In this document: piece by piece, positions 29,950 to 39,498 of the stretch | Position numbering within the stretch: the stretch's first letter is position 1 | Layout of the letters: each line of letters begins with the position of its first letter | NCBI GenBank assembly: GCA_934444365.1 | Contig: CAKSCM010000009.1 | Coordinates: forward strand, 1 to 64,000 | Origin: an uncultured Eubacteriales bacterium | Lineage (GTDB): Bacteria; Bacillota; Clostridia; Oscillospirales; Acutalibacteraceae | Reading direction: 5' to 3' | Length of the DNA: 64,000 bases | The notes under the pieces: generated by a model | What the model was told of the DNA's origin: nothing | The model's database searches: none | Seen by the model: the letters and a program-made list of their open reading frames with translations, nothing else | Position numbers and translations under genes: made by a program

Positions 29950-31521
29950 TCAGCTGTTGGCCGTTCCGAGGGTTATTTTTACGGTGTAAAGCTTATTCTG
30001 CCTGTAAACCGTGAGGGATATCGTCTCACCCGGAGCATATTTCGCCTTTTCGCTGTTGTACATGGTAAGGCTGGTAATATCGGTGTTATTGAACTGGGTT
30101 ATTATGTCGCCGCGCTGTAATCCCGCCGACTCGGCCGGACTTCCTTCGCTTACCCTTTCGACTACAACACCCGACGGATATCCCATCATATTGAGACGTT
30201 CGGAGGTATAATAGCTGCTTATATCAAGTCCCAAATATGCCTGCGGCTCGTCGACGTTTTCGATTATTCTCTTGCAGATCGAAACAACGGTGTTTGACGG
30301 AATGGCAAAGCCCATTCCCTCGTATTCGGTAGAGGCAAGCTTTGCACTGTTAAGGCCGATAAGAAAACCGTTAGAGTTAACAAGCGCACCGCCCGAGTTG
30401 CCGGGGTTTATGGCTGCGTCGGTCTGAATAAGGTTTACATATTCGCCGGTGTTTTCCATCTGAATGGTACGGTTAAGGCCGCTTATTATTCCGGCGCTCA
30501 CCGAGCCCATAAACTGCAATCCGCCGGGATTTCCGACCGCGACGGCGGTGTTGCCGACCTTGACCTCGTCCGAGTCGCCGATCTCTATTGCGGTAAGACC
30601 GGTTTTTTCGATTTTTACCACGGCCAGATCGGCACTGACATCGTATCCTATAACCTTGGCATCAATAGCCGTTTGTGGATCGCTCGGCAAAAAGACCGAT
30701 ATGCTTCCGTTGTTTTCGACCGCTTCGGATATAACATGATAATTGGTCACTATATATCCGTCGGAGGAATATATGACCCCCGAGCCTTCGCCGCTTTTAT
30801 CGGTGGATCCGTAAAAGAAATAATTGACCGAGAAGGTGGTCCTTATCCCGACGACCGAAGGCGATACCTTTTCGGCAATGGCCTCAACGAGCGAATCCGA
30901 GCTGCTCTCGACTATATTTATCTGTTTTATTGCACTGTCCTCGGAGTCATATGACTCGGTCACCGATGTGTCGTTCCCGTCGCCGGTGACTATTCCGGTT
31001 TTTCCGGCCAGCATAAAGGCCATGGAGGTGCAAACACTCGATATTATAGCGCACACAAGTGCGATTGACACTATCATTCCCACCGTAACGTTGGTGGTTT
31101 TTTGGGTGTGCTTATGACCCTTGGGATTTTTACCGTCATGCAGCGAAACCGGAACCACCGGCTGATTGTCCTGATGAGAACCGTACCCCGGCATAAAGGT
31201 TATTTCCTTTTGAGGGGTAAAACTGTTGACCGTCGGCCCGGGATTCGGAGCGTTTTCAAAGCCGCTTTCGGCCGCCGTATTTGATGTAAAGCCGCCTGCC
31301 GGAGTATCGCTTGCTCCGTTTACCGCCGGATCGCTGCTGTCCCGGTATAAAAAACCTCCGTCGGCCGGATTAATATTATGATCGTTTTCCGATGATTCGG
31401 ACTGAATACCCGCAAATCCGGCGGATTCCTCCCGGCCGTCCGTTTTTTCCGAAAAGCCTTCTTTGCCGCCCATGATACCGTTTTCATTATTGATATTGTT
31501 TTTGTTATCAAAGCTATCCAT
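29950..31521 (-). CDS. HtrA/DegP-family trypsin-like serine protease with PDZ domain, an N-terminal disordered region and a TM anchor.
   Basis: Catalytic GNSGGAL motif, a C-terminal PDZ, and a TM helix (VGMIVSIALVCAIISSV). Start set at the RBS-supported second ATG. Confidence 0.85.
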   Translation of the reverse strand: MDSFDNKNNINNENGIMGGKEGFSEKTDGREESAGFAGIQSESSENDHNINPADGGFLYRDSSDPAVNGASDTPAGGFTSNTAAESGFENAPNPGPTVNSFTPQKEITFMPGYGSHQDNQPVVPVSLHDGKNPKGHKHTQKTTNVTVGMIVSIALVCAIISSVCTSMAFMLAGKTGIVTGDGNDTSVTESYDSEDSAIKQINIVESSSDSLVEAIAEKVSPSVVGIRTTFSVNYFFYGSTDKSGEGSGVIYSSDGYIVTNYHVISEAVENNGSISVFLPSDPQTAIDAKVIGYDVSADLAVVKIEKTGLTAIEIGDSDEVKVGNTAVAVGNPGGLQFMGSVSAGIISGLNRTIQMENTGEYVNLIQTDAAINPGNSGGALVNSNGFLIGLNSAKLASTEYEGMGFAIPSNTVVSICKRIIENVDEPQAYLGLDISSYYTSERLNMMGYPSGVVVERVSEGSPAESAGLQRGDIITQFNNTDITSLTMYNSEKAKYAPGETISLTVYRQNKLYTVKITLGTANS

Positions 31522-31653
31522 ATATGTCAACTCCCGTAGGGTTTTGTAAGACATTATTACGACATCTAAAACAAACGCTGTCTTTGTTTTTCTGATTGTA
31601 TTGTATTCCTATTATGTGAATAATTAATTAAGAAGGTTTGCATATTTCGTAAA

Positions 31654-32313
31654 TTACAAACGGCCGTTTTTTATTTCATATTGCACCGAAGCACAGGCTA
31701 TAAGCTCCGGATCATGTGTCGCCGCTATTACGGTTGTGCCATCTTTCCGCATTTTTTTCAAAAAGCCCGTAACAGCACCCGTGCTTTCTTTATCGAGGCT
31801 GGCGGTAGGCTCATCGGCAATAAGCAGCTCGGGCGCGTAAACTGCGGCACGCGCGAGTCCCACTCTTCTGAGCTGTCCGCCCGAAAGCTCAAACGGATAG
31901 CAGTTTTCTTTTCCGATAAGTCCGACGCCGCACAGAGCCTCAAGGGCTGCACTTTGTCTTTTTTTCGATGTTACTCCGCGGTATTTAAGCGGCATACAGA
32001 CATTTTCCAAAACGGTTATATTGCTTATAAGGGCATCCTCCTGCATTACAAAGCCTATTTGCCTTTTAAGATAAGTAGGCATACAACGCCCCTTTTTGAT
32101 CCTTCTGCCCTTGTAGGTGTAATCTCCGCTGTCTACTGTATCGATTCCGCCGATTATATTAAGCAGGGTGCTTTTCCCGATTCCCGATCTTCCCGAAAAA
32201 ACCGCAAATTCGCCCGTCCGAACCTTGAGCGAAAGGTTTTTCAGCACCTCGATTGTTTCGCCGTTTGCGCAGATGTATTTTTTGTTAATTTTTTCAAGCT
32301 TTACTATTTCCAT
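31654..32313 (-). CDS. ABC transporter ATP-binding protein (FtsE/LolD/MacB-like). No adjacent permease.
   Basis: Walker A GRSGIGKST, signature LSGGQ, Walker B LLIADEPT. Confidence 0.85.
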   Translation of the reverse strand: MEIVKLEKINKKYICANGETIEVLKNLSLKVRTGEFAVFSGRSGIGKSTLLNIIGGIDTVDSGDYTYKGRRIKKGRCMPTYLKRQIGFVMQEDALISNITVLENVCMPLKYRGVTSKKRQSAALEALCGVGLIGKENCYPFELSGGQLRRVGLARAAVYAPELLIADEPTASLDKESTGAVTGFLKKMRKDGTTVIAATHDPELIACASVQYEIKNGRL

Positions 32314-32569
32314 AATATCCGGCCGCTCCGAAAGTCATCCTGATTTTTATTAGTATTGTCAGCTTTTCGGTATAAAAACGTATTCGCTGCAGAAAATATT
32401 AAAAAGAAAAAGCAATAATTTTTCCGCAAATCGGCGTTTTAAGATAAAAACCATAATCAATGACAACGGCAAAACAAAAAGGCCGGCGGTCCTGGTTTTT
32501 ATCACACAGACACACCGTCTTAAAAGCCGTCCTTTACGGAAAGCTTATATTTAAAGGAGTAAGCCATTT

Positions 32570-33013
32570 ATGAGTTTTACAAATAAACAGTATTCCGAAA
32601 TGATCGACAAGGCCTCTCCCCCGTCGAGTGTTTTAAAGGACTGCATATGCGCCTTTCTTGTGGGCGGAGCCATCTGCCTGCTCGGGCAGGTACTTACCAA
32701 TCTTTTTGTATCGGCCGGAATAGAAGCCGAAACGGCAAAAACGGTCTCTACAATATCCCTCGTTTTTCTTTCGGCCCTTTCTACCGCCTGCCGTTTTTAC
32801 GATAATATTGCACGCCATGCCGGCGCCGGAACCCTCGTCCCCATTACCGGCTTTGCCAACGCCATAGTCTCCCCTGCCATGGAGTTCAAAAGCGAAGGAC
32901 TTGTAATAGGCACGGGTGTAAAGATGTTTAATATAGCAGGCCCCGTAATAGTTTACGGTACCACCGCAAGCGTAATTTACGGAATAATCCTCTGGATCAT
33001 CGGTATGTTTTAA
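32570..33013 (+). CDS. spoVAC: Stage V sporulation protein AC.
   Basis: SpoVAC/SpoVAEB-family membrane protein, 147 aa. Precedes spoVAD. Confidence 0.85.
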   Translation: MSFTNKQYSEMIDKASPPSSVLKDCICAFLVGGAICLLGQVLTNLFVSAGIEAETAKTVSTISLVFLSALSTACRFYDNIARHAGAGTLVPITGFANAIVSPAMEFKSEGLVIGTGVKMFNIAGPVIVYGTTASVIYGIILWIIGMF

Positions 33014-33065
33014 AAATAAAAGCAACGTAAATCTGTCGGGATACATCACAAAAGGAGAAAATGCA

Positions 33066-34085
33066 ATGCCCTCACGCATAGGTAATTACACATTAAAGCT
33101 TGAAAAAGCCCCCTACATTTCGGGATACGGCTCGTGCGCCGGAGAAAAGGAGGCGGCAGGCCCCATAGGCAAGGAATTCGACCTTACCTTTGACGACCCC
33201 TATTTAGGACAAGCCACCTGGGAAAAGGCCGAAAGCGAAATGCTCCGCATAGCAATACAGTATGCCCTTGACAAAAGCGGACTTAAAAGCAGCGATATAA
33301 ACTATCTTTTTGCCGGCGATCTGCTTAATCAGTGCACCGGCTCGACCTTCGGCGCAATCGGATTTAACATTCCTCATATCGGACTTTTCGGCGCATGCTC
33401 TACAATGGCACTTTCCTTAGGTCTTGCTGCCTGCTTTACCGACGCCGGACTCGCAAAAAATGCGCTTGCCGCCACCTCGTCGCATTTTTGCACGGCCGAA
33501 AGACAGTTTCGCTATCCGCTCGAATACGGCGGACAGCGCACCCCGACCGCCCAGTGGACCGCAACGGCGGCCGGCGCCATGACGGTATCGGCCGAAAAAA
33601 CCGGAATTTCAAAGGTCCGCATAAGCGATGTTACCTTCGGCAGAATAACCGACAAGGATGTAAAGGACCCTAACAACATGGGCGCCGCCATGGCCCCGGC
33701 CGCATGCGACACAATATGCAATTTCCTGCGGGACACGGGTACCGCTCCCGATGATTACGACGTTATAATAACCGGCGACCTCGGACGGGTAGGCTCAAAT
33801 CTGCTTTACGAGCTTTTGGCCGCCGACGGTTACGATATAACCGAAAATCACGCCGATTGCGGATTGCTGATATTCTCACCGCAAACTCAGGACGTTCACT
33901 CCGGAGGCTCGGGGTGCGGCTGCTCGGCTAGCGTTTTGTGCTCAAGGATAATGCACAATATGGAAATGCAAAAGCTTAAAAACGTCCTTTTCTGTGCGAC
34001 CGGAGCGCTCATGTCGCCGACCTCCCAGCAGCAAAAAAACAGCATTCCGGGTATTGCCCATTTAATACACATGACCACGATCTGA
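33066..34085 (+). CDS. spoVAD: Stage V sporulation protein AD (thiolase-like fold).
   Basis: 339 aa with a thiolase-like Cys region (FGACSTMAL). Follows spoVAC. Confidence 0.85.
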   Translation: MPSRIGNYTLKLEKAPYISGYGSCAGEKEAAGPIGKEFDLTFDDPYLGQATWEKAESEMLRIAIQYALDKSGLKSSDINYLFAGDLLNQCTGSTFGAIGFNIPHIGLFGACSTMALSLGLAACFTDAGLAKNALAATSSHFCTAERQFRYPLEYGGQRTPTAQWTATAAGAMTVSAEKTGISKVRISDVTFGRITDKDVKDPNNMGAAMAPAACDTICNFLRDTGTAPDDYDVIITGDLGRVGSNLLYELLAADGYDITENHADCGLLIFSPQTQDVHSGGSGCGCSASVLCSRIMHNMEMQKLKNVLFCATGALMSPTSQQQKNSIPGIAHLIHMTTI

Positions 34086-34115
34086 CATCTGTCCCCCGGC
34101 AAAAAAGGAGAAAAA

Positions 34116-34280
34116 ATGGATAAAATAGTACACTATTCAAGAACCGGCCGCAAGACCAGGCGCACATTGCACATTATATTAAAAGCATTACTGCTTACCC
34201 TTTGCGCGGCAGGTCTCGTAATTATAGGTTATCTTTTAGCCTTTATTGTAAGCACCTCGGCCGCTCTTGTGTTTATGTAA
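34116..34280 (+). CDS. Small hydrophobic ORF (54 aa). Possibly a truncated SpoVAEb-like remnant.
   Basis: AAAGGAG RBS 6 nt upstream. The segment ILKALLLTLCAAGLVIIGYLL resembles the SpoVAEb N-terminal helix (FLKAFLVGG.ICV.GQ.L). A full SpoVAEb is ~116 aa. Confidence 0.35.
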   Translation: MDKIVHYSRTGRKTRRTLHIILKALLLTLCAAGLVIIGYLLAFIVSTSAALVFM

Positions 34281-34883
34281 CCTTGAAAAACATCCCAAAC
34301 ACCGCCGACAACAAGCGGAATAACCGCTCCGTTATCCCGCCGCCAAACGCACCGATCCGTCGCCGCCTCATTTGTCGGGCGCGTATTCTTCCGGGCGGCA
34401 ATAAGACTGTCGGCAATCCGATCCGCCTCATTGTTATTCCCGTCAAAGTAGTACAAAAAAGTAAAAAACCGGCGGACAGCAACGCGTGTGCTGCACCGTC
34501 GGTTTTTCATTGTTGTTTCGGAAACCACCGGCTATGCCGGTGGAGGCATCCCGTAAAAAAAGCTTTAGCTTCAAGCATCGAGCGAAGCGAGTCGAGAATA
34601 ACAATCCAAAAAATTCGTATGCACTCGATAAAAACGCCTGATGCCCGTTTACGGGCGGCGGGGCATTTGATGCAAGTGAAAAATCATTCAGTGCATCTTT
34701 AGATGCCAGCCGGTAAAAAGCCATTCTAGGGCTTAATCAAGCCGCCGGCTTAGCCGGCGGTCATGACTTTATTATATTTTATTACGGCGCTTTTCGACAG
34801 CGGCTAAACCCGATTACGGGCAATGGCTCCGTACCCGGTTTCAGACGACAAAGCTTTGCCGTCAACAACCAGTATAATGCGTA

Positions 34884-35669
34884 TTACTCGCCGTCCCTTG
34901 CGTCGACAATAACTCCGCTGTCGCCCATTACGTTGGGCAGCTTTCCGTCCCATTTGTTCCATTTTACATACTCGACGTAATCCGGCGAGGCTGACAATGC
35001 GTCCTGAATGAGCTTTATGCTCTCGGCCTCGGCCTGAGCCTGGGTAACCTGCTGTTTGGCCTCAACCTCAATACGGGCTAAATCCTGCTCGGCCTTAAGA
35101 GCATTTTGCTGGGCAGTCTGCTTGGCCTCTACCGCGGCGTTGAATTCGTCGGAAAAATCGAAATTCACGATATTGAATATCTCTACGACAATTCCGTATT
35201 CGCCAATCTTTTCCGAAAGGGCGGATTTTATCTGATCACCCACGCTTTGCCGCTCGGTTATAAGCTCCTCGGCCGTATACTGAGCCGCGACCGCCTTAAT
35301 GCTTTCCTGTATGGCCGGCGAAATAATAACGTTGCTGTAATCGCCGCCGACATTTTTGTAAACCGAGGCCGAAGCGGTTGTATTAACGCGGTAGTTTACC
35401 GCGACAACATACGACACTATCTGCAAATCCTTCGAGGAGGCAGTGCCGTCGGTCTCGATCTTTTGGGTGCGGTTGTTAACCTGTATTACCTTCTGGACAA
35501 AGGGCGTTTTAAAATGAAGTCCCTCCGCAAGCACATTATCGGACACCGCTCCGAAGGTGGTAACAACGCCGGTATGACCCGACTCGACCACCGTAAAGCA
35601 GGACGATATAACAGCAATGACTATTACGGCCAACACCGCCCATAAGCCTATTTTTACCGGTTTTTTCAT
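34884..35669 (-). CDS. SPFH/Band-7 (prohibitin/stomatin-like) membrane protein.
   Basis: N-terminal TM, SPFH core, and a C-terminal coiled coil (EAKQTAQQNALKAEQDLARIEVEAKQQ). GGAGG RBS at the chosen start. Confidence 0.8.
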   Translation of the reverse strand: MKKPVKIGLWAVLAVIVIAVISSCFTVVESGHTGVVTTFGAVSDNVLAEGLHFKTPFVQKVIQVNNRTQKIETDGTASSKDLQIVSYVVAVNYRVNTTASASVYKNVGGDYSNVIISPAIQESIKAVAAQYTAEELITERQSVGDQIKSALSEKIGEYGIVVEIFNIVNFDFSDEFNAAVEAKQTAQQNALKAEQDLARIEVEAKQQVTQAQAEAESIKLIQDALSASPDYVEYVKWNKWDGKLPNVMGDSGVIVDARDGE

Positions 35670-36168
35670 AACTTCCTCCGAAAATATATTTTTCTGAAAC
35701 ATGTCAAGTATCGCACCCGATAGGTAAAAAACGATTCTTACCCTTTGTCGGTGCAGCACAAGGCGTAATTTCCGAAATACCGCTTTATTCAAAAAGACCC
35801 ATACACAAATCCGGAATTTGCGTATGAGTCTTATTCTTTAAGGACGGACCGAGGAGATTTATCAGTTCTCCCGTGATGACGATCCCATCCCGCGTATTCC
35901 GCGGAACTACTCCCTCATATTTCATTATTTACATATTACCACCTTTATTTTCTTTTGTCAAGATTTTTGTGTTGCCCGACCGATCTATAAGCACTCTTAT
36001 TTTGTCGTTTCTAAAAACAATTTCCGTTATTAAAGCACTTTTCTTTGCGTTTTTTGCACAAAAAAGTATTGTAATTACTCCCCCGCTGTGATACAACATA
36101 CCCGTCGATAATCCTATAAGCCGTTCACTCACCACAGACGTGACGGCTTCGACATTAAGGAGGGACAA

Positions 36169-37575
36169 TTGATGAAAGAAATAACCTATCCCATTCGCTC
36201 GCGCACATTAAAGGATATAGCGACCCAGGAGACCCTTGACAATCTTATAGCCCAGATTGAAAACTGGCAGCAGGGCGTCGGCAACTACGGACTTTTAAAT
36301 CTTCATTCCTGCTGGGGAAAAACGTCGGTCCTTGATAAACGTTATCAGGGCCAGACCGTAAGCAATTATCAAGGTCTCGCCGCCGTTTTTAAAAGACTTT
36401 ACGAAACCACAAAGAACCCTAAATGGTGGCATAAAACCAACGACGTAATAAGGAACGTACTTTATCTTCAGCAGCCCGACGGAGGATTCCGCCATGCAAG
36501 CTCCGAATTCGAGCCGACCTTCGACTCGCACGCTACCTGCCCTATCCACCAGGGGAAAGCAGCACTGACCCTGCTCGAATACTACGACTGGGAATATGCC
36601 GACAGTAAAATCAAGGAGCTTATAAAACCGGCAATAGACCGCCACTGGGAATATTTCAACGATTATTTCTGGTGCCTCGGCAACGCCGGAAGACGTCCTC
36701 ACCCTTACAAGGCCGGCTGGTGCGGCGTCACGAATCAGGATCTTGTAGCGGTGGCAATGCTGGCATATTATTATAAATGCTTCGGGGATAAAAGCAGGTA
36801 TGACGAATTCGGAAAGCCGACCCTCGACCTCATTCTCTCGGATGAATACTACTACAAGGATATGGGACTTTTCGAACGCGGCGACGGCGAGAATTTCACC
36901 GAACGCACCCCGTATTATGTTATAATAATACATATGCTCGAAACGATTTACTCGATAATGCACGACGAGCGCATCCCCGATGTAATCGACAATGTCGTCT
37001 GTCATTTATTCGACGCCGCTTACACCGGAGAGGACGGGCTTATTCACCTTGCCTGGGGAGCCAAAACCGACGAAAAGGACAAAAGCCATGTTACCGGCTG
37101 GATACAGACCCCAACGGTATTTGATTCATACATAGATATAATTAAGCTTATGGACAAATATCTTAAGAAACACCCCGACGAAGAAAAACAGAGAATTCTC
37201 GACTCCCTTACCGAGACATTTTGCGCTTACTTCTATTGCGACGGCACTATTCCGGCTGCTCTTTGGGGGAAAAATCCGATATTCGAAATTTTCGTAAGAC
37301 CCGGCCGCGACGGACTGATAATGCTTATCATGGACCTCCTCGGCGACAATGTACAGGATCCGAAACCGGCAGAACCGCTTTGCATTCACCGTAAATACGG
37401 CGAATATACCTTCAAGCAAAAGGATAAATACTGGGCTATCGAGGAAAACGGCAAGCGTCTTTACGGAGGATACACCCCCTGCGCTTTCGGAATCACCCAC
37501 GGAGACGAGGCTCCTGTTTTCGGGAACTTTGACCTGCTCGACACCCCCGATATCGTAGAAATTATAAAAGACTGA
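36169..37575 (+). CDS. Hypothetical alpha-helical (alpha/alpha-toroid-like) enzyme, Trp/Tyr-rich. It shares a P[NK]WWH N-terminal motif with the lyase-like protein at 61735..63540.
   Basis: 468-aa ORF with a strong terminator downstream. Rich in aromatic residues, as in carbohydrate-active alpha-toroid enzymes. No confident family assignment. Confidence 0.5.
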   Translation: MMKEITYPIRSRTLKDIATQETLDNLIAQIENWQQGVGNYGLLNLHSCWGKTSVLDKRYQGQTVSNYQGLAAVFKRLYETTKNPKWWHKTNDVIRNVLYLQQPDGGFRHASSEFEPTFDSHATCPIHQGKAALTLLEYYDWEYADSKIKELIKPAIDRHWEYFNDYFWCLGNAGRRPHPYKAGWCGVTNQDLVAVAMLAYYYKCFGDKSRYDEFGKPTLDLILSDEYYYKDMGLFERGDGENFTERTPYYVIIIHMLETIYSIMHDERIPDVIDNVVCHLFDAAYTGEDGLIHLAWGAKTDEKDKSHVTGWIQTPTVFDSYIDIIKLMDKYLKKHPDEEKQRILDSLTETFCAYFYCDGTIPAALWGKNPIFEIFVRPGRDGLIMLIMDLLGDNVQDPKPAEPLCIHRKYGEYTFKQKDKYWAIEENGKRLYGGYTPCAFGITHGDEAPVFGNFDLLDTPDIVEIIKD

Positions 37576-37607
37576 TTTTTCAAAACAAAACAAAACAAAC
37601 GACAAAA

Positions 37608-37652
37608 GACCTCCGGGACCGACTTTAACGTCAATCACGGAGGTTTTTTAAT
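37608..37652 (+). terminator. Rho-independent terminator after the gene at 36169..37575.
   Basis: Stem acctccg...cggaggt followed by TTTTTT. Preceded by an (AAAAC)n microsatellite. Confidence 0.6.
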
Positions 37653-37765
37653 TCAGTTTTAATATTATATTTTTTAAAAACTATATTCCCGATACGATAA
37701 AAACCGATACGGCATTTAAATAATATTCTTCTTATATGATGTTATCTATTTATCAAATAAATATA

Positions 37766-38947
37766 CTAATCCTTCTCCGTGTAAAGCTTTACGTATTTTT
37801 GAACGATGTCTGACATTACGGGCAGCTTTTTCTCTACATCTTCAACCAGTTTAAGCTGGGTTCTGGCCCTGTCGAGATTGTGGTTTTCACGGTGGACCTT
37901 AAAGTATACGTCGCCGTTTAAATAATCGGCAAGAAAACGCGTTCCGCACTCGTATGTAAGTATAAGCACCGACATCGGCAAAAGCTCAATTTCCGTTTCG
38001 GTCAGGCAATGTGCCGTCTGCTGCAAAAAGCCCTTGGTAAACTGCTCAAACTTTTCAAGATCAAACCAGATCTTATCGAGATCGGTCTCATCCTCCGCTC
38101 CGCTTGAAGCACCGAAACGAAGCGCATCACCGAAATCGAACAGCGCCGATCCCGGCATAACGGTATCGAGGTCTATTACGCAGGATTTTTCATTGTCGTC
38201 CTTATCAAACAGAATGTTGTTGAGCTTGGTGTCGTTGTGGGTTACCCTAAGCGGAACCGAGCCGTCGGCCATTCTATCGGTAATGCAGGAGGCATACTTG
38301 CTGAATTTCAAAGCCGCCTCTATTTCTTTTTTTGCATATTCGGCCCGGTTTGCCGCATTGTTTTCTATTGCGCATTCGAGCTGTTTAACCCTTTCGGGGG
38401 TGTTATGAAAATCCTTTATGGTTTCATGAAGAGTTTCGGCCGAAAAATCGCTTAGCATTGCCTGGAATTTACCGAACGCACGGCCGGCATAGTAAAGCTG
38501 TATAGGATTTTCAACCAGATCGTAGCTTACGGAATTTTCTATAAAATGATACATTCTGAAAACGTTTCCGTCATCAGCCTTATAACAGTTCTTTTTGTCC
38601 TTGGTATAAATAACCGTAAGGGTTTCGTTTTTCGGGTCACCGCCGTTTTTTGTGATTTTTTCAGAGAGAAAACGGGTCACATTTACGATGTTTTCCATCA
38701 CATTCTCCGGCTCTTTAAAGACATTCGTGTTTATCCGCTGAAGAATAAACTTCGGGTCGGTCTCACACAAATATGTATCGTTTATGTGGCCGTTTCCGTA
38801 GGACTGAATGTCTGTTTCTATATCAAACTGCGAACAAATTCCCCTTAAATCGAAGCTGTCGGTTGCCACTGTAATGACCCCTTCCGTTTTCTTTCGTTTT
38901 TTCTTACTAATACATATTATATCGGAAAAATTGAAATTCTCCATCAT
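37766..38947 (-). CDS. Phosphotransferase-family kinase (APH/choline-kinase fold). Resembles N-acetylhexosamine 1-kinase (NahK)-type sugar kinases.
   Basis: Brenner motif HNDTKLNNILFD and an IDLD metal-binding motif. 393 aa. Confidence 0.6.
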   Translation of the reverse strand: MMENFNFSDIICISKKKRKKTEGVITVATDSFDLRGICSQFDIETDIQSYGNGHINDTYLCETDPKFILQRINTNVFKEPENVMENIVNVTRFLSEKITKNGGDPKNETLTVIYTKDKKNCYKADDGNVFRMYHFIENSVSYDLVENPIQLYYAGRAFGKFQAMLSDFSAETLHETIKDFHNTPERVKQLECAIENNAANRAEYAKKEIEAALKFSKYASCITDRMADGSVPLRVTHNDTKLNNILFDKDDNEKSCVIDLDTVMPGSALFDFGDALRFGASSGAEDETDLDKIWFDLEKFEQFTKGFLQQTAHCLTETEIELLPMSVLILTYECGTRFLADYLNGDVYFKVHRENHNLDRARTQLKLVEDVEKKLPVMSDIVQKYVKLYTEKD

Positions 38948-39184
38948 TGCAGCAAATTAATCTTTTTTCGGATCAATCTTGCGAACATCATTTAATCTTT
39001 AATTAACAAATGCTCAAAAGGTTTGCAACAAGAACAAAATCCAAACATTTCACCGCTCGGTAAAAGGTTCGGATTCGCCATGACTGATACGAATAGCTGA
39101 TAGGGACCTGAAGGCTGAAAACGCGAGCATAAAGAAAACAATTTACTTTTATTTTCACACGCGAACCGCCTTAAGGTGCTTACC

Positions 39185-39271
39185 TGGTGCCGCTGACCGG
39201 ACTTGAACCGGTACGATATCGCTATCGAGGGATTTTAAGTCCCTTGTGTCTGCCTATTCCACCACAGCGGC
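39185..39271 (-). tRNA. tRNA-Leu (anticodon UAA).
   Basis: 87-nt cloverleaf. Anticodon stem AGGGA/TCCCT with loop CUUAAAA, a long variable arm, T-loop GGTTCAAGTCC, encoded CCA. Confidence 0.85.
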
Positions 39272-39323
39272 GAATTTTTGTTTCTGCTTAAAATCGGGAA
39301 AATTCTGACCCGTCAGCCTAACG

Positions 39324-39352
39324 ATTATAACCCATAAGACATCCCGTGTCAA
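39324..39352 (-). promoter_or_regulatory. Consensus sigma-A promoter for tRNA-Leu.
   Basis: Read on the minus strand: TTGACA, 17-bp spacer, TATAAT. It lies ~45 nt upstream of the tRNA 5' end. Confidence 0.6.
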
Positions 39353-39498
39353 TAATTAAGTTTTGCTCCTTTAAAGTTTTTTCTGCTTATATTCCGCACA
39401 TACTGTACCGGACAAAGACTCTTTTCCGGTAAATCACATGGCAAAATACAGATACTTTAAAGGAGCAAACACGATAAACAATTTAAGTGATTTTTTAC

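Noticed and set aside
34202-34724. ORFs of 166 aa (plus), 99 aa, 69 aa and 93 aa (minus) in the gap after spoVAD.
   Set aside because: They overlap one another, have Arg/Pro/Cys-rich low-complexity translations and no RBS. They are more likely random ORFs in a non-coding or pseudogenised stretch.
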